Origin: an uncultured Clostridia bacterium
Lineage (GTDB): Bacteria > Bacillota > Clostridia > Christensenellales > UBA1242
DNA length: 64,000 nt
Assembly (NCBI GenBank): GCA_934756675.1
Contig: CAKVLG010000002.1
Location: forward strand, 339-64,338
Direction of reading: 5' to 3'
The notes under the pieces were generated by a model, which was given only the letters and a program-made list of their open reading frames with translations, was not told where the DNA came from and made no database searches. This document shows positions 45,094 to 59,000 of this stretch, piece after piece (within the stretch, counting starts at the first letter, position 1; the number at the start of each line of letters is the position of its first letter). Made by a program: the position numbers and the translations under genes.

Positions 45094-46911
45094 TTAGTCT
45101 TTATTCAAGCGTTTACGAGTAATTAAAATTATTGCTAAAAATGCAAGGTTAACAATAACTAGCACCGCGCCAACAATTTGGAGCATCGACCAAGAATCGG
45201 TCTGCAAGTCAGAATAGAGAACATAGCCTCTAAGTTCGTTGCCTTCGCTATCGTTAACTAACACTTCTACAAAATCACTGTCGTATCTTCTTGCATGCAA
45301 AACTTTACATCTAGCATTCTTGCCAATTTCGGCAATTACATCACTGTTTATATCTGCATTTTTATATACTTTTGTTGCAGCTTTTGTGTAAGCGTTTGTC
45401 AAAACTAGGTTATAGTTTAGGTATTCGCCACTAATTCTGTCACGCAAGATAAATCCCAGTTTGCCATTTACTTTAACAAGCATATAACTTCTGCCATCGA
45501 AAACAGAATCGCATAGGGTAGAAACAATTTCCACTCTGTCGTCCATAGAGATTTTAGCGATTATTTCGTTTTGCGAACCGCTACCAGCAACCAAACTTGG
45601 CGCAGCATAAAGATTTGTATCGTCAATCACATAGACATGCTTATGTTTATACTCAGTAGCTGTTTTTGGAGAAAGGTTTGCACTATCAACAAATCCAAAA
45701 TAATTGGTTTTTCCATCAACCGCAAAAATATAACTTAAGCCAAAGTCTTCGTCATTTATTGATGGGATACAATATAAAGCAACATCTGTTCCGGCTGTTA
45801 ATTGTTTACCAGTTTTTGAATATGGCAATTGGTAACAAACCGTGTCGCTTGTGAGCGTGAAATATGCAAGCTCTGTGAGTGGACTAATTTCATTTTTATA
45901 GCCGTCAAAGTTTTTATATTCGTTTGTTTGTGTTGCATTTAATACTTCGCTTTCGTAGCTAAGAGTGTAACTTTGCGCAACAAAAACATCACCGTCTAAT
46001 AAAACGATAATTTCGTTACCGTTAGAGCTAATATCAAGTGCCGTTCCAATTTCTTGACTGCTAGCAAAAATTGCAGCAGGGCGGGTGATACCGCCACCAT
46101 CATCAATAATTGTGAATTTGAAAAATGATAAATTGTTTTTAGACTGAGCAGCAATAAATATCTCGTTATTCAAGGTTACAGTTAGCGAATTTATATAACC
46201 TTCGCCAAGAGTAAGTGTTGTCCATGTGTCGATTTCTTCGATAGTTTGTGGATTGAATGTGAATGTGTAGAACGAACTTTTAGATTGAATAATCATTTGT
46301 AAGCTCGTTTCAGAATTAATACGAATTATGCTTGCTGTTTCGAGCCCAGCAGAAATACTAGACAAGAAATCAGGTTTAAATGTAATTTCGTGTTTTCTTT
46401 CTATTGCAAAAGTTGAGTTGTTAATAAAAAGTACTAATAGGTTAGTGGTATTCACGTCTTTTGGAACTAAAACGACATAAATGTCGCCATTAGAATTTTC
46501 GATTGCAGAAATACCTTTATAATCAGAAAATGCGTCAAAATTAATAGAATTTACAAGTGTTTTTTGCGTCAATGTTTCACTATTATAAATTTTTAGCGTG
46601 TTAGAAAGTAATATTAAATTATTGTTTGTTGAATATATACCAGTCACGTTGTCCGCATGGATAAGTGAATAGCCTTCAAACTCAGTCATATTTTTATCTA
46701 TAACCTTTATTGCTTTGTCTAGATTGTCGTACACGAAAATCGATTTATCATTCGAAGCAACAATTTGTGCATCGCGAATAAAAAGATTTGCACCTGGCAA
46801 ACTGCCAGAAGCTTCGGCATAGCAAGTAGATTTAGTCGCAAAAGGAAATAACGCTAAGACACTTAGCGATAAACACAAGACAAAAAATAATATAAATTTT
46901 GATTTTTTCAT
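45094..46911 (-). CDS. Type I membrane protein: signal peptide, beta-rich (propeller-like) domain, three SH3b-like domains, C-terminal TM anchor
   Basis: Start at the ATG at 46911 (MKKSKFILFF..., SD AAGGA). C-terminal helix MLQIVGAVLVIVNLAFLAIILI followed by RKR. SH3b-like units end in GFVDSANL, GFILRDRI and GYVLYSDL. Confidence 0.75.
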   Translation of the reverse strand: MKKSKFILFFVLCLSLSVLALFPFATKSTCYAEASGSLPGANLFIRDAQIVASNDKSIFVYDNLDKAIKVIDKNMTEFEGYSLIHADNVTGIYSTNNNLILLSNTLKIYNSETLTQKTLVNSINFDAFSDYKGISAIENSNGDIYVVLVPKDVNTTNLLVLFINNSTFAIERKHEITFKPDFLSSISAGLETASIIRINSETSLQMIIQSKSSFYTFTFNPQTIEEIDTWTTLTLGEGYINSLTVTLNNEIFIAAQSKNNLSFFKFTIIDDGGGITRPAAIFASSQEIGTALDISSNGNEIIVLLDGDVFVAQSYTLSYESEVLNATQTNEYKNFDGYKNEISPLTELAYFTLTSDTVCYQLPYSKTGKQLTAGTDVALYCIPSINDEDFGLSYIFAVDGKTNYFGFVDSANLSPKTATEYKHKHVYVIDDTNLYAAPSLVAGSGSQNEIIAKISMDDRVEIVSTLCDSVFDGRSYMLVKVNGKLGFILRDRISGEYLNYNLVLTNAYTKAATKVYKNADINSDVIAEIGKNARCKVLHARRYDSDFVEVLVNDSEGNELRGYVLYSDLQTDSWSMLQIVGAVLVIVNLAFLAIILITRKRLNKD

Positions 46912-47003
46912 ATTGTTCCTTTTAATTGTAATAAAAAGCATAGTAGATTGTCAAGAAAATAAACATTTTAGGGAAGGGGAATACCCCCTTCTCTAATTGT
47001 TTA

Positions 47004-50000
47004 TTAGAACATGAATCCGTTACGAAGAGGACTGTTATTTGGCATAGAGTTAATAACTTTATCAGCAACCAAATAACAACCTGCAATAACAACACCAGCA
47101 ATACCAAATGTTACAACTGTTAAAATGGCAGAACCAGCGATTGCTACAACACCAATAGCACCAGAACCAACAGGCAAAGCTTGCCAACTACTGTTACCAT
47201 AGTAGATGTGCTGGTTACCATTGAGTGAAACATTAAGATCACAAGGAGATTCCGCTGTATTAAACGCTTCAACATCTGCCATGTAGTTAGCGTGGAACGA
47301 AAGTTCGTTTGCAATAGCACCGGTCTTTGACGTATCTGATGTAAAGATGTTACCCATGATTTCTGAGAAACCATAGTTCTTATCCATACGTGAAGCATCC
47401 AAGTGACCAGAAGTATCAACCGAGTGAGTGTCGAGTCTATTTCTAGTGCTAAATGATACGCATTTAACACTCTTTAGGTAAGAATAACCCTTGCTTGCCC
47501 ACCAGAGAATGTCGCCAACATGATCGATAGTAAAGTATGGTACAGGGAAGATGCCTACCATTTTAAAGTGCATTATAGGCATCCAAACCTCTTGCCATGC
47601 TTCGTTATATTGTGATCTCTTGTGAACTTTTATTGTTGCAGTAATATTAACTGAATCGTTAACAGTGTAGGTGAGATTGAGCATGTCGATATAGGAATCC
47701 ATGTAGCCTTTAATGTTAAGACCTGAATTAAAGTTACTACCACTATGTATTTGATTTTTTATTTCTTTATAGAATTGAATGATGTTGTATTGATCATATA
47801 CAAAGTAGTTATTAAGATCACTATCGTTTTTGAAGTTTGTACCAAACATGATATTGAAGAATGAGTAGAGGTTTTTAACATTCCTTATTCTTGTTTTACC
47901 AAGACTATTTTTGAAGCCAGCAAAGTTAACTTTTCCAGTTGAATGATATTCTGCCACTGGGTTAGTTGCATAGTTTGTGATGTATGTTAAAAGACCAGTC
48001 AAGAACAAATATGTTTGAGTATAAAGCGTTTCTAAGGTTTCGTTTGAATTATCGTATTTTTGTTCAATATTCCAGAATTCATTCCAACCAACCCAACCTT
48101 TATCACTAATAATATTAGTGTTATTTTGGAAGTAGGTTAGAAGTGAATTTTTGCAACCCTTAGATAGTTTTATATAATCGGTAGTTGTTGGATGTTCGGC
48201 ATTTGAATAATACTCATTTAGTAGATATTCAAGCGTATCAACAAATGGTTTAACATTTCGAACAACAGTGAAGTAATAGTTATCGAAGTTTGTCATTAAT
48301 ACGTCATACGATGAAATAAATTGTGCTGTACTCTTAAAGATATCTCTGCTAAATACAGGAATTTTGGCTGTTGTTTTGCCATCTTTTGTAACAGCGCCAT
48401 TGTATGTTTGAAGTGTTTTAAATGTTCCGTCCAAACTTCTATGGGTATCTTTGTCGGCATAATTGCCGTTTTCATAATCAACTCTGTTACCACCAGTTGA
48501 TTTATTTTCAGTTTCACCAGCACCAGAATAGGTGACAGATGAAGTGATTTGTTGAACTGTGTATAGGTAATTTAAGTTAACTATTAAATTAAGGTTCTTT
48601 GGAGCATCGTTTGTTTCACTTAGGTTTTGATAGAAACCAGTGATAAATGCCGTCGATGTTGTTAAGCTATTAAGGTCAGGTATATTTTTACCAGCTTTAT
48701 AGAACTCTTCGGCATAAAGTGTGTTGTGATCCATATCGTCTGCATAAAGTTCCATAACACCAGTTTGCGCACAATCTAGCACGCCTTCGTTTAGTTGATT
48801 TTGAACTTTGATGATAGGGAATGTACCATTTTCACTAATAAGAAGTATTTTTACTCTTATTGTTTTTGTTTCAAAGTCGACATAAAGTTTTACGCGTTTT
48901 TGCGCATCGTTGCCATACTCGTTGATATCTTTAATGTTGCTGTTAATACCAAGTTGAATTAGACCAGGTTTTAACATATATATCATGTTGTTAAATGAAC
49001 ATGTAAGCTTATTATCGAGATTAGAAGTATTGGCTGGCATTACGTAATTTAGCATTTGCGATAGCTGAGTATTACCATAGAACGATGTGATATTATACAC
49101 TTTTACTTGACCAGATGTAGATTTCGCATTGAACAAGCCGTCCTCGGTTTCGCTGTAAGCGACATAAGGAATAGAATTGCCATCAAGATCTTTTACTTTG
49201 TTACCGTTCTTGTAGAGAAGAACTTTGCTAGTTATGCTCTTTTCAAGGTCAAGGGCACCAAGAGGAATACGTGCTGGAACGATTAATTGATTACCATTTG
49301 TATCTTGTTTTGTGTATACATATGGGTTACCTTGTTTTGGATATCCACTTCCATCAAGATCGGTATTAGGTGTTATAGTAATTCTGTCTTCTCCATTCAT
49401 TATATAGCCGCGTTTAATTTGGTTAACTTTATCGGTGTATGCAATGAATGAGGTAGTGCTATTACTATCTGCACCATTGATTACCGAACCTTCCATTTCT
49501 GCAATTCTAAGTTCTACAACATATGTTTGAACGATATAGAACGCATTGATTGAAACGTCATCTTTGAGCCTATAGAGTTTTAGGTAGTTAACTTTGTTTA
49601 ACTTGCCTTCATCACCAATTTTAATAACTTTGTTATATAAGAATTTCGCGTCGTTTGTGTTATATAGCGTTGTGACTTCTTTAAGTGAAAAATCGTGACC
49701 AAGTGTTCCACTATACGTGCCGCTGTCAGTAGCGTAGTCACTGTTAAGATTTTCTTTTGCAAGTTTATCGAGTGTATTGTTGGAAGTCCAGCTGATTACA
49801 TTTATACCAACGCCTTTTGTATCGACAAGCTTGCGGTTATTCAAGAAGTCGTTACTTTTTGCGGTTAGGTAACCATTGTATCCAATGAAGTTGAAACCAG
49901 GGTAAGCTTCTACCTGAGAGTATGCGTTAGAACCAACTTCAACAATAAGTGTACCATGAACTGTACCGATGTTTACGTTGTTGTCATAAACTCTATCTGG

Positions 50001-53000
50001 TGGAAGAATAACAGGTTGGTCATTATCGTCCATCACCATCGAGCCGTCTGCTGCTTTTTGAATTTCAGCTTCAACGTTGCGTACTTCAACAACAACTGAT
50101 TTAGCTTCATAAAGAGCAACAACAATGCAATCGAATAATGGGTTAATTGTTATTGTGTAATCTGTTATAATGTCAGTATTTTCTTCTTTAACCTCATTAT
50201 AAAGCTTTCCGTCAATGCCCCTTACTTGGGTTAGGGTATAAAGTGTGTTTGCATAGTCAACTTTGCCAGTTGTTGAGTTAAGAACTTCATTGTTACTGAT
50301 GTTAGCTATATAGTTTGTGAGTGGCTTATAGTAACCATTGCTCAAATAGAAGAATCCTTTGAAGAATAAGTAGTCAATGTTTCTAGCTGTGAAGGTTACA
50401 GTTGTAGACATTTTTTCGAAGCCTTCAATGATATTTCCATCTACATCTTTAATTTGTTTGCCAGAATTGTGAGTAGAATTAGCTACTGTAACAAATTGAT
50501 TTTTCTTAATTAAATCTGTGTATGCGTTGTAAATTAAAGATTGTCTGTAGTCTAATTTTATGTTAGCTAGTGTACCATTTTTAACTTTGGCTGTGTTTAC
50601 AGTACTTGCATCATTTTCGCCAAGAGCTGCTAGTCGATCTCTTAGAGAAGGTTGTTCTTTGCCAGAAGAATCTTTGAACTTAGAATCTGTTGTACGCCAC
50701 TTGATGTTCTTTGTAATTTCGAGATTGTTGCCTTTCTCGTCTTTCAAGATTTTGAAGTAGTTTTCTTCTAAGTTCTTGGTTAGCATTGCCATATCGCTAA
50801 CTACTACGTGGTTGAAGTAGGTGATAAAGCTTGCGTTGTATGTATTGTTTTGTAGTGCTTTAGTATAATATTGAATTAATTTAGAAATTGTATCTTCTGT
50901 GTCGAACTTGCTGATGTATTCGTTTTCTTTATAGTATTCGTATGTGATTTTTTTACCACCAGGAAGTGCGAAAGCACTGATACCACTATAGATTTGCAAT
51001 TCTTCATTAGATTTATAATTTTTATCAATGATAATTTTTAATGTTCTTGCTTTTAAAATAATACTTAAAGTTGCATTGCCCCAAGAATCGTTTTCCAAAT
51101 CAGAATAGAGAGCATAACCAATAATAGTATTACCGTCGCCATCTACGACCATAATTTTAACAAAATCACTGCTAACTATTTTACCGAATAAGAGTTGAAT
51201 GTTAGTGCCTGCTGCAATTTCTGCAACAACATTACTGCTATTATCCGCTTTTTCATACACTTTCGTTATATTCTTTGTGGTTGCAACATGTTCAACTTGT
51301 TTTTTAGTAGCCGTTCTGAATGTCATACTAAAGTACTTGTATTGATATTCGCCATTTTCATATGAGAAAGCAGTGTAGTCATAAGCTTTTTGAGCTTTAT
51401 CGTCTTTGAATTCATAGCTGTAACCATGACGAGCAGTAGCAATTGTTACAAAGTATTCACGGTCACGTTCTTTGTTGAAGTCTGCAGATATCTTTGTGTG
51501 GTTTTCGAGCGTGTATTCGTGTTGATAGATGTACCAGTTGTCTTCACCATTTGTTGTGTTGATGAAATTGAGTATGTCTATCGAGTTAGAAAGTCCAGTT
51601 ACATCTTTACTTATTGCTTTTATAACAAGACCATTTGCTCTTATTGTAGAACGAACAATTGTACCAGGTTCGAAGTATGGGTATGAAACAATATCTTTCC
51701 AGCCATCAGCTGCTCTAACTTCAAGTGAAGATGTGTATGTGTTAGAGTCGCCAGCATTTGTGCCCTCTAGCGGATTAATTTCGTTACCAATTTCATAGAG
51801 TGAAGTAGTTCTAGCATAGATTGTTGTATCTGCCTTGATGTCTGCGGTGTTAAGAGTTAAGGTTTTGTTGTATCTTTGATCAGGTTGATATAATCTGTCA
51901 ATCTTGTCATTGTTGCCATTTACAAAGTATGTAAATCTCAATCTATTTCCTTCGCCAAGGTCAAGGTCATAAACTGTGCCATTAGTTAATACATTATTAT
52001 GACCTACAAATTTTTCTGAAATAGAAACCTTAAATTCAAATGATTGGTTAATAGGGTATCTAAATGTTAAAGATTCTTCGTCATACTTAATCTTTTTGCC
52101 ATCGATATCGCTAGCAACAAAATTGTTAGCATCGGTGTTCAAAATCGCACCATCTTCATATCTCATAGCTACATAAACAAGAACTGCGGCAAAGTTAGCA
52201 TACAATGTATAGTTCTTATTGTCAGGAGATGTACCTACATTTGTAGCATTGCCAGCATCTGTGTCTTCGTTAAATAACAAGCCATCAGAAAGAATAATTG
52301 AATCATTTGTTGTTAGATAAACAATGTTTTCCGCTGAAATATCACTGTTATTTGTATAGCCAAGAAGTTTGAAGTCTTTTAATCCGGTCTTATCTTCGAA
52401 TACTCTGACTGCGAGTATCTTTGATAAGTGGAATGTTTTTATTTCGAATACGATTTCGGTATTAGATCTAGCTGTAGAGTTAAGTGTAACAGTTTTATAT
52501 TCACCATAGCCACCGCTCTTCATTGTATATTCATCAATTTGAGCTTTGATATTGCTTGTGTCCAAATCAAACTCGTTATCGACATGAACAATAAGTTGAT
52601 ATGTAATAAATTTAGAATATTTTGTGAAGATTTGGTAAACGTCGAATGAATAATTAACAGCTATTGGAATAGTGAACAAGAGAGCCGAACCATTTATGTC
52701 GCGGTCAAGTCCGTTATATGTGTAAGAAACATATTCTTCAGACGCTGTGTCAAATATAGTTCTCATTGTAGAGCCTGCATTTGAAGAGTCTAAAATTTCT
52801 TTAATTTTGCTCTCGGTTACGTTGCCACTTGCAAGTAAGGTACTTGTAGTATGCATGTCAGCGCCGTTCCAAGTTGTCGATTTATCTCTGTCTGTCTCTG
52901 TGAAGTAATAGAAGTACTTTTCTTGTTTAGCATCAGATGAGTTAACAGGTTTTGATGTAAACGAAATGCTACCAATTCTTACAAAGTAAGGAATGATATA

Positions 53001-56000
53001 AATATCTTCGGTAGTTTTAAGTGTTGTTATTATTGAACTAATAGCGTTGTTTACTGAAGTCCCGAATGATGAGTTGTTATAGTTGTCTGCACTAAATATA
53101 TAAATTACATCATTTGATGAAGTCAGAAGTGAGTATGACCTTTCACTTTGCTTTCTTATCATTATGTGGCTAATAGCATAGCCTTCATTCGCTGTGATAT
53201 ATATTTTTGTGAGTATATCGCTATTTTTTACAGCACTTACAGAACCGTTGAGTTCGTTAGAATATTCGTTACCAACAATAACATTAAACTTATCGGCATA
53301 ATTAATTTCGATTGTGTTGTCTGCTATCGCTGCATCTCTTTGAATTAATTGATACATCGAAGAATAACGAATGTTATTTGTAGCATCTTTACCTTCTAGG
53401 TCTTTAAATTCTGTAAATAAGTAGGTTATTTCTTCGCCATTAACATTGATGTTTGTTAAGTGGTTATTTAGCGAGTCGCGTTTTGTTACAAAGAATGTGA
53501 TAATTCCATGTAAGTTAAGCGTAAACGTGATAGGTGAAGAACTGTTTAGCGTTACAACTGTTGAACTGTTATTGTCTTTTGTGAATAAGTTTTTGTAGAT
53601 AACAGTGTATTCAGCATTACCATTTAATGTAATTGTGTAGTTAACTGAAGAGTAAGTGTTTTCGGTACGTTCGAGATTTGTGTTAGATTTTACATTTGTT
53701 ACGGTAATGTCTGTATAAACATTGTCGACAAGTTTATATTTAACATCAAATGCAAAACGTACAATAGTGTTTTCATAAATTTTGTTATCGGTTGTAGATG
53801 ATTTAATTTCATCAAACTTAGTTACAGGAACAGCGTCGCTCTTATCGTTTGTGAAACCAGAGAACGTAGTTGAATCAATTGCGTAAGAACCAACTAACAT
53901 CGAAAATTTAATTATATTGTCTGAGCCTACAGAATAGTTAATATAACTTGAATACGAAGTAATTAATGAATTGATGTCATCTACACTATAGTAATAATTA
54001 TTTGTGGTGATATCAAATCTAAAGTTTTTGTTTGTAAGTTTACTATCATAAGATACTTTGTATTCTATGTTATAGATGCGAACAAACCTTGCCGTTGCGT
54101 TACTTACATCACGAGAAGTAAATGAATAGTTGTAGTTGTTCGAAAGTTTAACATAAGTCGATGGACGACTGCTGTTACGGATTTCTTGGTACCAACCAAT
54201 GAACTTGTATTCATTTGAGTTGTAAGTAAATTTGTTGTTACTTAGATTTGTTGGAGCTTTGCTTGCATCTAGAACCGTTGTGCCGGTGTGATCAATCAAT
54301 TCATATTTCTTCACTAAGTCGTAAGAATAGGTGGTTTTATCTCTGTATTTGAAAATAAATTTCAAATCGCGGTCGGCAACAAACGAATATGTATTGTTGT
54401 AGGTATATACAGATGTTGATGTAGAAGATTGTTCGCCATCATAAATGTAGTTGCCTTGGAATTTATATTCGCCAAGTTTATCATTAGCATTAAGTGTGAT
54501 ATATGTACCAAATGGAATGGTATATGTTTTAACTAAGACTTTTTGATTTGTGTCAAACTCTACGTTTTTGTCAATTGAATAATTTGTTACTTTATATTTA
54601 ATTTTTAAAGCATCTAAGTATTCGCTTGGTTTAATATAATCATCTACTTCTTGTTGAATGTTTGTATCATTAACAGCTAAACGGATTTCGATATTAATGT
54701 TTTTTGCATATCTAGCTTCGATTATCACATTTTTGTGTAAATCAGAATGATAGATTGTGTAAGTCAAAGTCAGGTTTTTGTTACCACTATTAGAAATATA
54801 AGTTCCGTTTACAAACCAACCAATAAAGTAGTATCCGCCAACATCTGTAGCAGTAGCTGTTATGTCGTAGTTAGTCTTATTGCTACTTGGGCCAAATTCT
54901 TTTTCTGTGTAGAAGTTTGTTACACCGTCAGGGATAATCTTGTCGTTGGCGTCGCAGGTGATAGTGATAGGATCAGAGGATACAATTGTTTCGTCACTAT
55001 AGTCGTTAATAAACTGGGTGACAGTGTTAATTGCATATTGTTTGTAATACCTTGCTTCATAGATAACAGCATTATTACCTGAATATTCTTCGTTAAGTAC
55101 GTCGGTAAATTGATAGTGATATGTGTCAGAAACTCGGATTGTTGTGTCACCGATAGTTCTGTACCAACCGTCGAAGTAATATCCGTCATACGATTCGGCA
55201 ACTAATAAAATCTTAGATTTTGCAGCGATTATAAAGTTTACAGACGACTTTGTTCCAAGAAGTTTTGGTTCGCTGTTCTTTATTACATCTGTTGCACTAG
55301 AGAATTTGTTATCTTTTGCAGATTCTAGTATTATAGATGAATAGTGAATTTTGAAGTTGTCGTTTGTTGAATCGCTATAATCAACGTTTCTTTTAACTGT
55401 GATGTTTCTTGTTGAAATATACTTAGCAACAGCTAGTGAAGAAACTTTGTCATGATAACTGAGTTGACGCATTGTGTAACTATATTCAGAAGCAGATGGG
55501 TTAGTTAGTTCGTTTGTTGTACTAACAAGTTCGCCATTGATGTACCAACCAATAAATGTATAACCAACCATTTTTCTAGCTACAAGTTTTGGCCCTTCGC
55601 CATTTGGCCCTTCGCCAGTTGTTGATAAGCTTTCGTAACGAATGTTGATTTGGTTTAATACTTGGTTTGACGTGTTTTTGTCTGCACCGTTGTATGTTAC
55701 AGATACAGGTTCTTGACCGTTCTGGTTATAAACTTCGTCAGTTTCTACGCTAACAGTCAAGTTATTAACTCCCACAAGTTTAACGTTAGTTGAGAAGTCG
55801 CCACGAACTATGTAATTTGTATATGTTTCTGTGTATTTGTCGTCAATTAGTGTTGTGAGCGACAATGGACGAAATTGACCATCAATATTTTCTACAGTCA
55901 TTCCAGCTTTAACTTTAAATGTAAACGACTTTTTATCTTTAAGTGCGTCAGAAATAATCATTTTGGTTTGTACGCCATACAAGTCGGTGTAGGTGACGAT

Positions 56001-59000
56001 GTATTTAAAGTTTTTATAGATGTCTTGAACTGACTTATCTTCGTTACGCAAGTTAATGTCAAAATAAATTTCGTAATTTTCATATTTTGTGTGAATACTA
56101 ATGAGTTTTGTGTTATCACTTGCTTTAATAGAATAACTCTTAGAATATGTGTAGAATGGGTCACTACTATTCGAGTTAGAATTAACTCTTGTACCAATGT
56201 AATAATTTTTATTGCTGTCAGGGTCTTGGAGTTTAGCGTTTACTATTGTTCCAGCAGGTACATATACACTGTCGTTAGCATTTAATGTTGCTGTTGTTGT
56301 CTTCCAATTTTCGCTGAGATATTTTAGTTTAAGAGCATTAGAAACTAAAGATAAAGAGTCGCCACTACCAGACAGTGTTGAAATATGTTGGATATTAACA
56401 GCTTTCACTAAGTCGAAAATAACTGTTGTATCTTCACTAACATTTTTAATTTCAACGTAATTATTTGTGTTCTGCAAAAGTTTATTGTTAACTTTTACAT
56501 ATACGCAGAAGTATTGTCTGTTGATAGTGAATGAAGGAACATAAAGTTTAACATTTGCACCCTTCACAAAATACAAAGTTTTGTTTTCTTTTTCTTTTTC
56601 GGTATTGTTTATAAAGTTGTTTACTTCAATGTTACTGTGATTATGAGAGTTATATGTAACACTTAAATTGAATCTTAGGTTCGTAGATGTGCCGTTGAGA
56701 TCGCGGTCGTCATATAGAAGGTCGGAAATGGTGAATTCGTAAGTGTCAGAATAATTAATTGTGATTGTTACATCGCTATTGATTGATTCTGTAGATTCAA
56801 TAGGCTTAAATTCTATGCGTTTATTCCAATCTTCTTTTGTAATGAAGTACTTGTCATCATTAGATTTCATAGTTCCAGTTTTACCACCAGTTAATGTTAA
56901 ACTTGTTGGGTAATAGTGGATGAGTGGGGTAACACCAAGTTCAAGTGTTGTGCCACGCATTTTGTAGATATCTGTGCCGATTGTTGCAATTGTTTCAATG
57001 TTATAAGTTCTGCTTTGACTATTATTTGTTCTTGCAATTGATGTATTAAATAAGTCGTAATAACCAGCGCCATTAAAGTTATCGGCATTTTTAATTGTAA
57101 CCTTATATGCTTTAACGAATTTTGCATAATAGCTTGTCGTTAAGTTATATATAGTTGCTTCGTTGTTGTTTGAAATAAAGTTATTGTCTTTATCGAACCA
57201 ACCAGCAAATATATACACTTTACCGCCCATTACAAATGACAAATTATCTAGATATAGTGAGCCAGTTGTTTCTACGCCGTTTGATGTACCAAAATAGAAT
57301 TCTGAGTTCTTTTCAGAACCGTCATCACGATATGAGCTACCATTATAAATAATTAATGAGCCGTTATTGTTGTGAGATGCTGCATTCTTATCGAACCACC
57401 TTATACCATTATAAGAAAGGTAAATGTTTGGAGCACTCGAATTATTAACTTTTGTAAGAGCGTTAGAATTGTAAGTTTCTGCTGTCTTAATGTTAATCTC
57501 TACGGTGTTTTGCGTTTCGATATATGCCTTTAAGTGATATAGCAAGTTGTCATCGCGGAGAGCAAACTTGTTATCGTCATTAAGGTAAGTAAACATTTTA
57601 TCATCGTTATCATTTGCATCATATTTATATTTAATTGCAAAGTTTACAAATCCACCTTTGGTTGTATGCAAACCGCTAATGGATGCGGTATCTTCGTCCA
57701 TGTAGTTATTGATATAGAATGCATGGAATTGAGTTGTAGTTGTGTTTTTAATCTTATATGAAATTGTAGGAGCTTCTGCATCTATATCGAAATAGCCAAA
57801 GAATGTTAGGTTGTTAGAAGCCAAAGAATGAACGATTTTACAATTTGTATCATCGAGAGCCGAAAGTTTGAATTGGTTTTTAGTAACAATTGTCTTCTTG
57901 CAGTCAACTGAAGTTAGGTAAGTTTTGTTATCACCAGCACGAGCAAATTTAACATCAACAGGGTACTCGTTTGAAGAGTCTATTGTGAAGTTTGCAATGT
58001 CTACATACACAGCAATAATTCGTTTCATACGAAGAGTGAAGTTGATGATTTTGTCGGTTGTTAATTCTTTATTGTTCTCGTATATGTTGAATTGTGTCAT
58101 GTCGAGTGTAACATGTGCAACATCGTTATATGCAAGATATGTTAAGTCGTTTTTAGTGTCACGGGTAATAAAACCGCCACCATCGTTCTTTTCAATCTCT
58201 TTGCCTTTGTAATCGAAGATTTGTTTACAATAGATTTCAAAGTCATTGTCGATTACGTTTTTGCCGTTTGCATCAACCATAACAGTACCATCGGCGTTGG
58301 CTTTGTATTTATCGAATAAGATACCACGCGATGTGTCAAACTCAAATCTAGCACCACCAGCAGGTGAAATTGTCATGTTGATTTGTTGGTCAGCAGCAAT
58401 TTTACCAGAGATTGTACCAATGTCACCATTTATTTCAACATTAAATGGAGTGCCATCGATCTGCGTGCAATTCATTGTAACGTTTACAAGTGACGCGTCA
58501 AATGTAAAGCTGATATTTTTAACCTTTTTGAATAGGGAAACAATGCTTGTGTCTGCGGTCATATGTGTTACATAAGGACGGTTCATGTCGGTAGACATCA
58601 ATACAAAGTCTGACCATTCACGAACAATCTTCTTTATGCCACCGCCAACATCAATCGTTTTTTCGTTACATTTTGCTTCGTACCAACCCATGAAGTAAAT
58701 ACCTTTGTCTTCAAGTTCTTTAAGGTAATCTTCCATGGTTCCATTTACAAGTAGACCTTCGAACAATACAAGTGTATTTTCAACCATCGAAAGGTCACCA
58801 GTTTGGGTGGTTATAGCGTTGCCACTACTATCTAGTGGACTATTAATTCCATATTTTTTGGTAAAGCTCATTTTACCAATATTGCTTGCATTTGGATAGA
58901 AAATTGGGGTAGATAAGTTTACTTCGTCTATACCATCAATGAATGTTTTTCCATTCATACCACCAGAGGTATAGATTGTACCTGAGAGTGATGGAGGATT

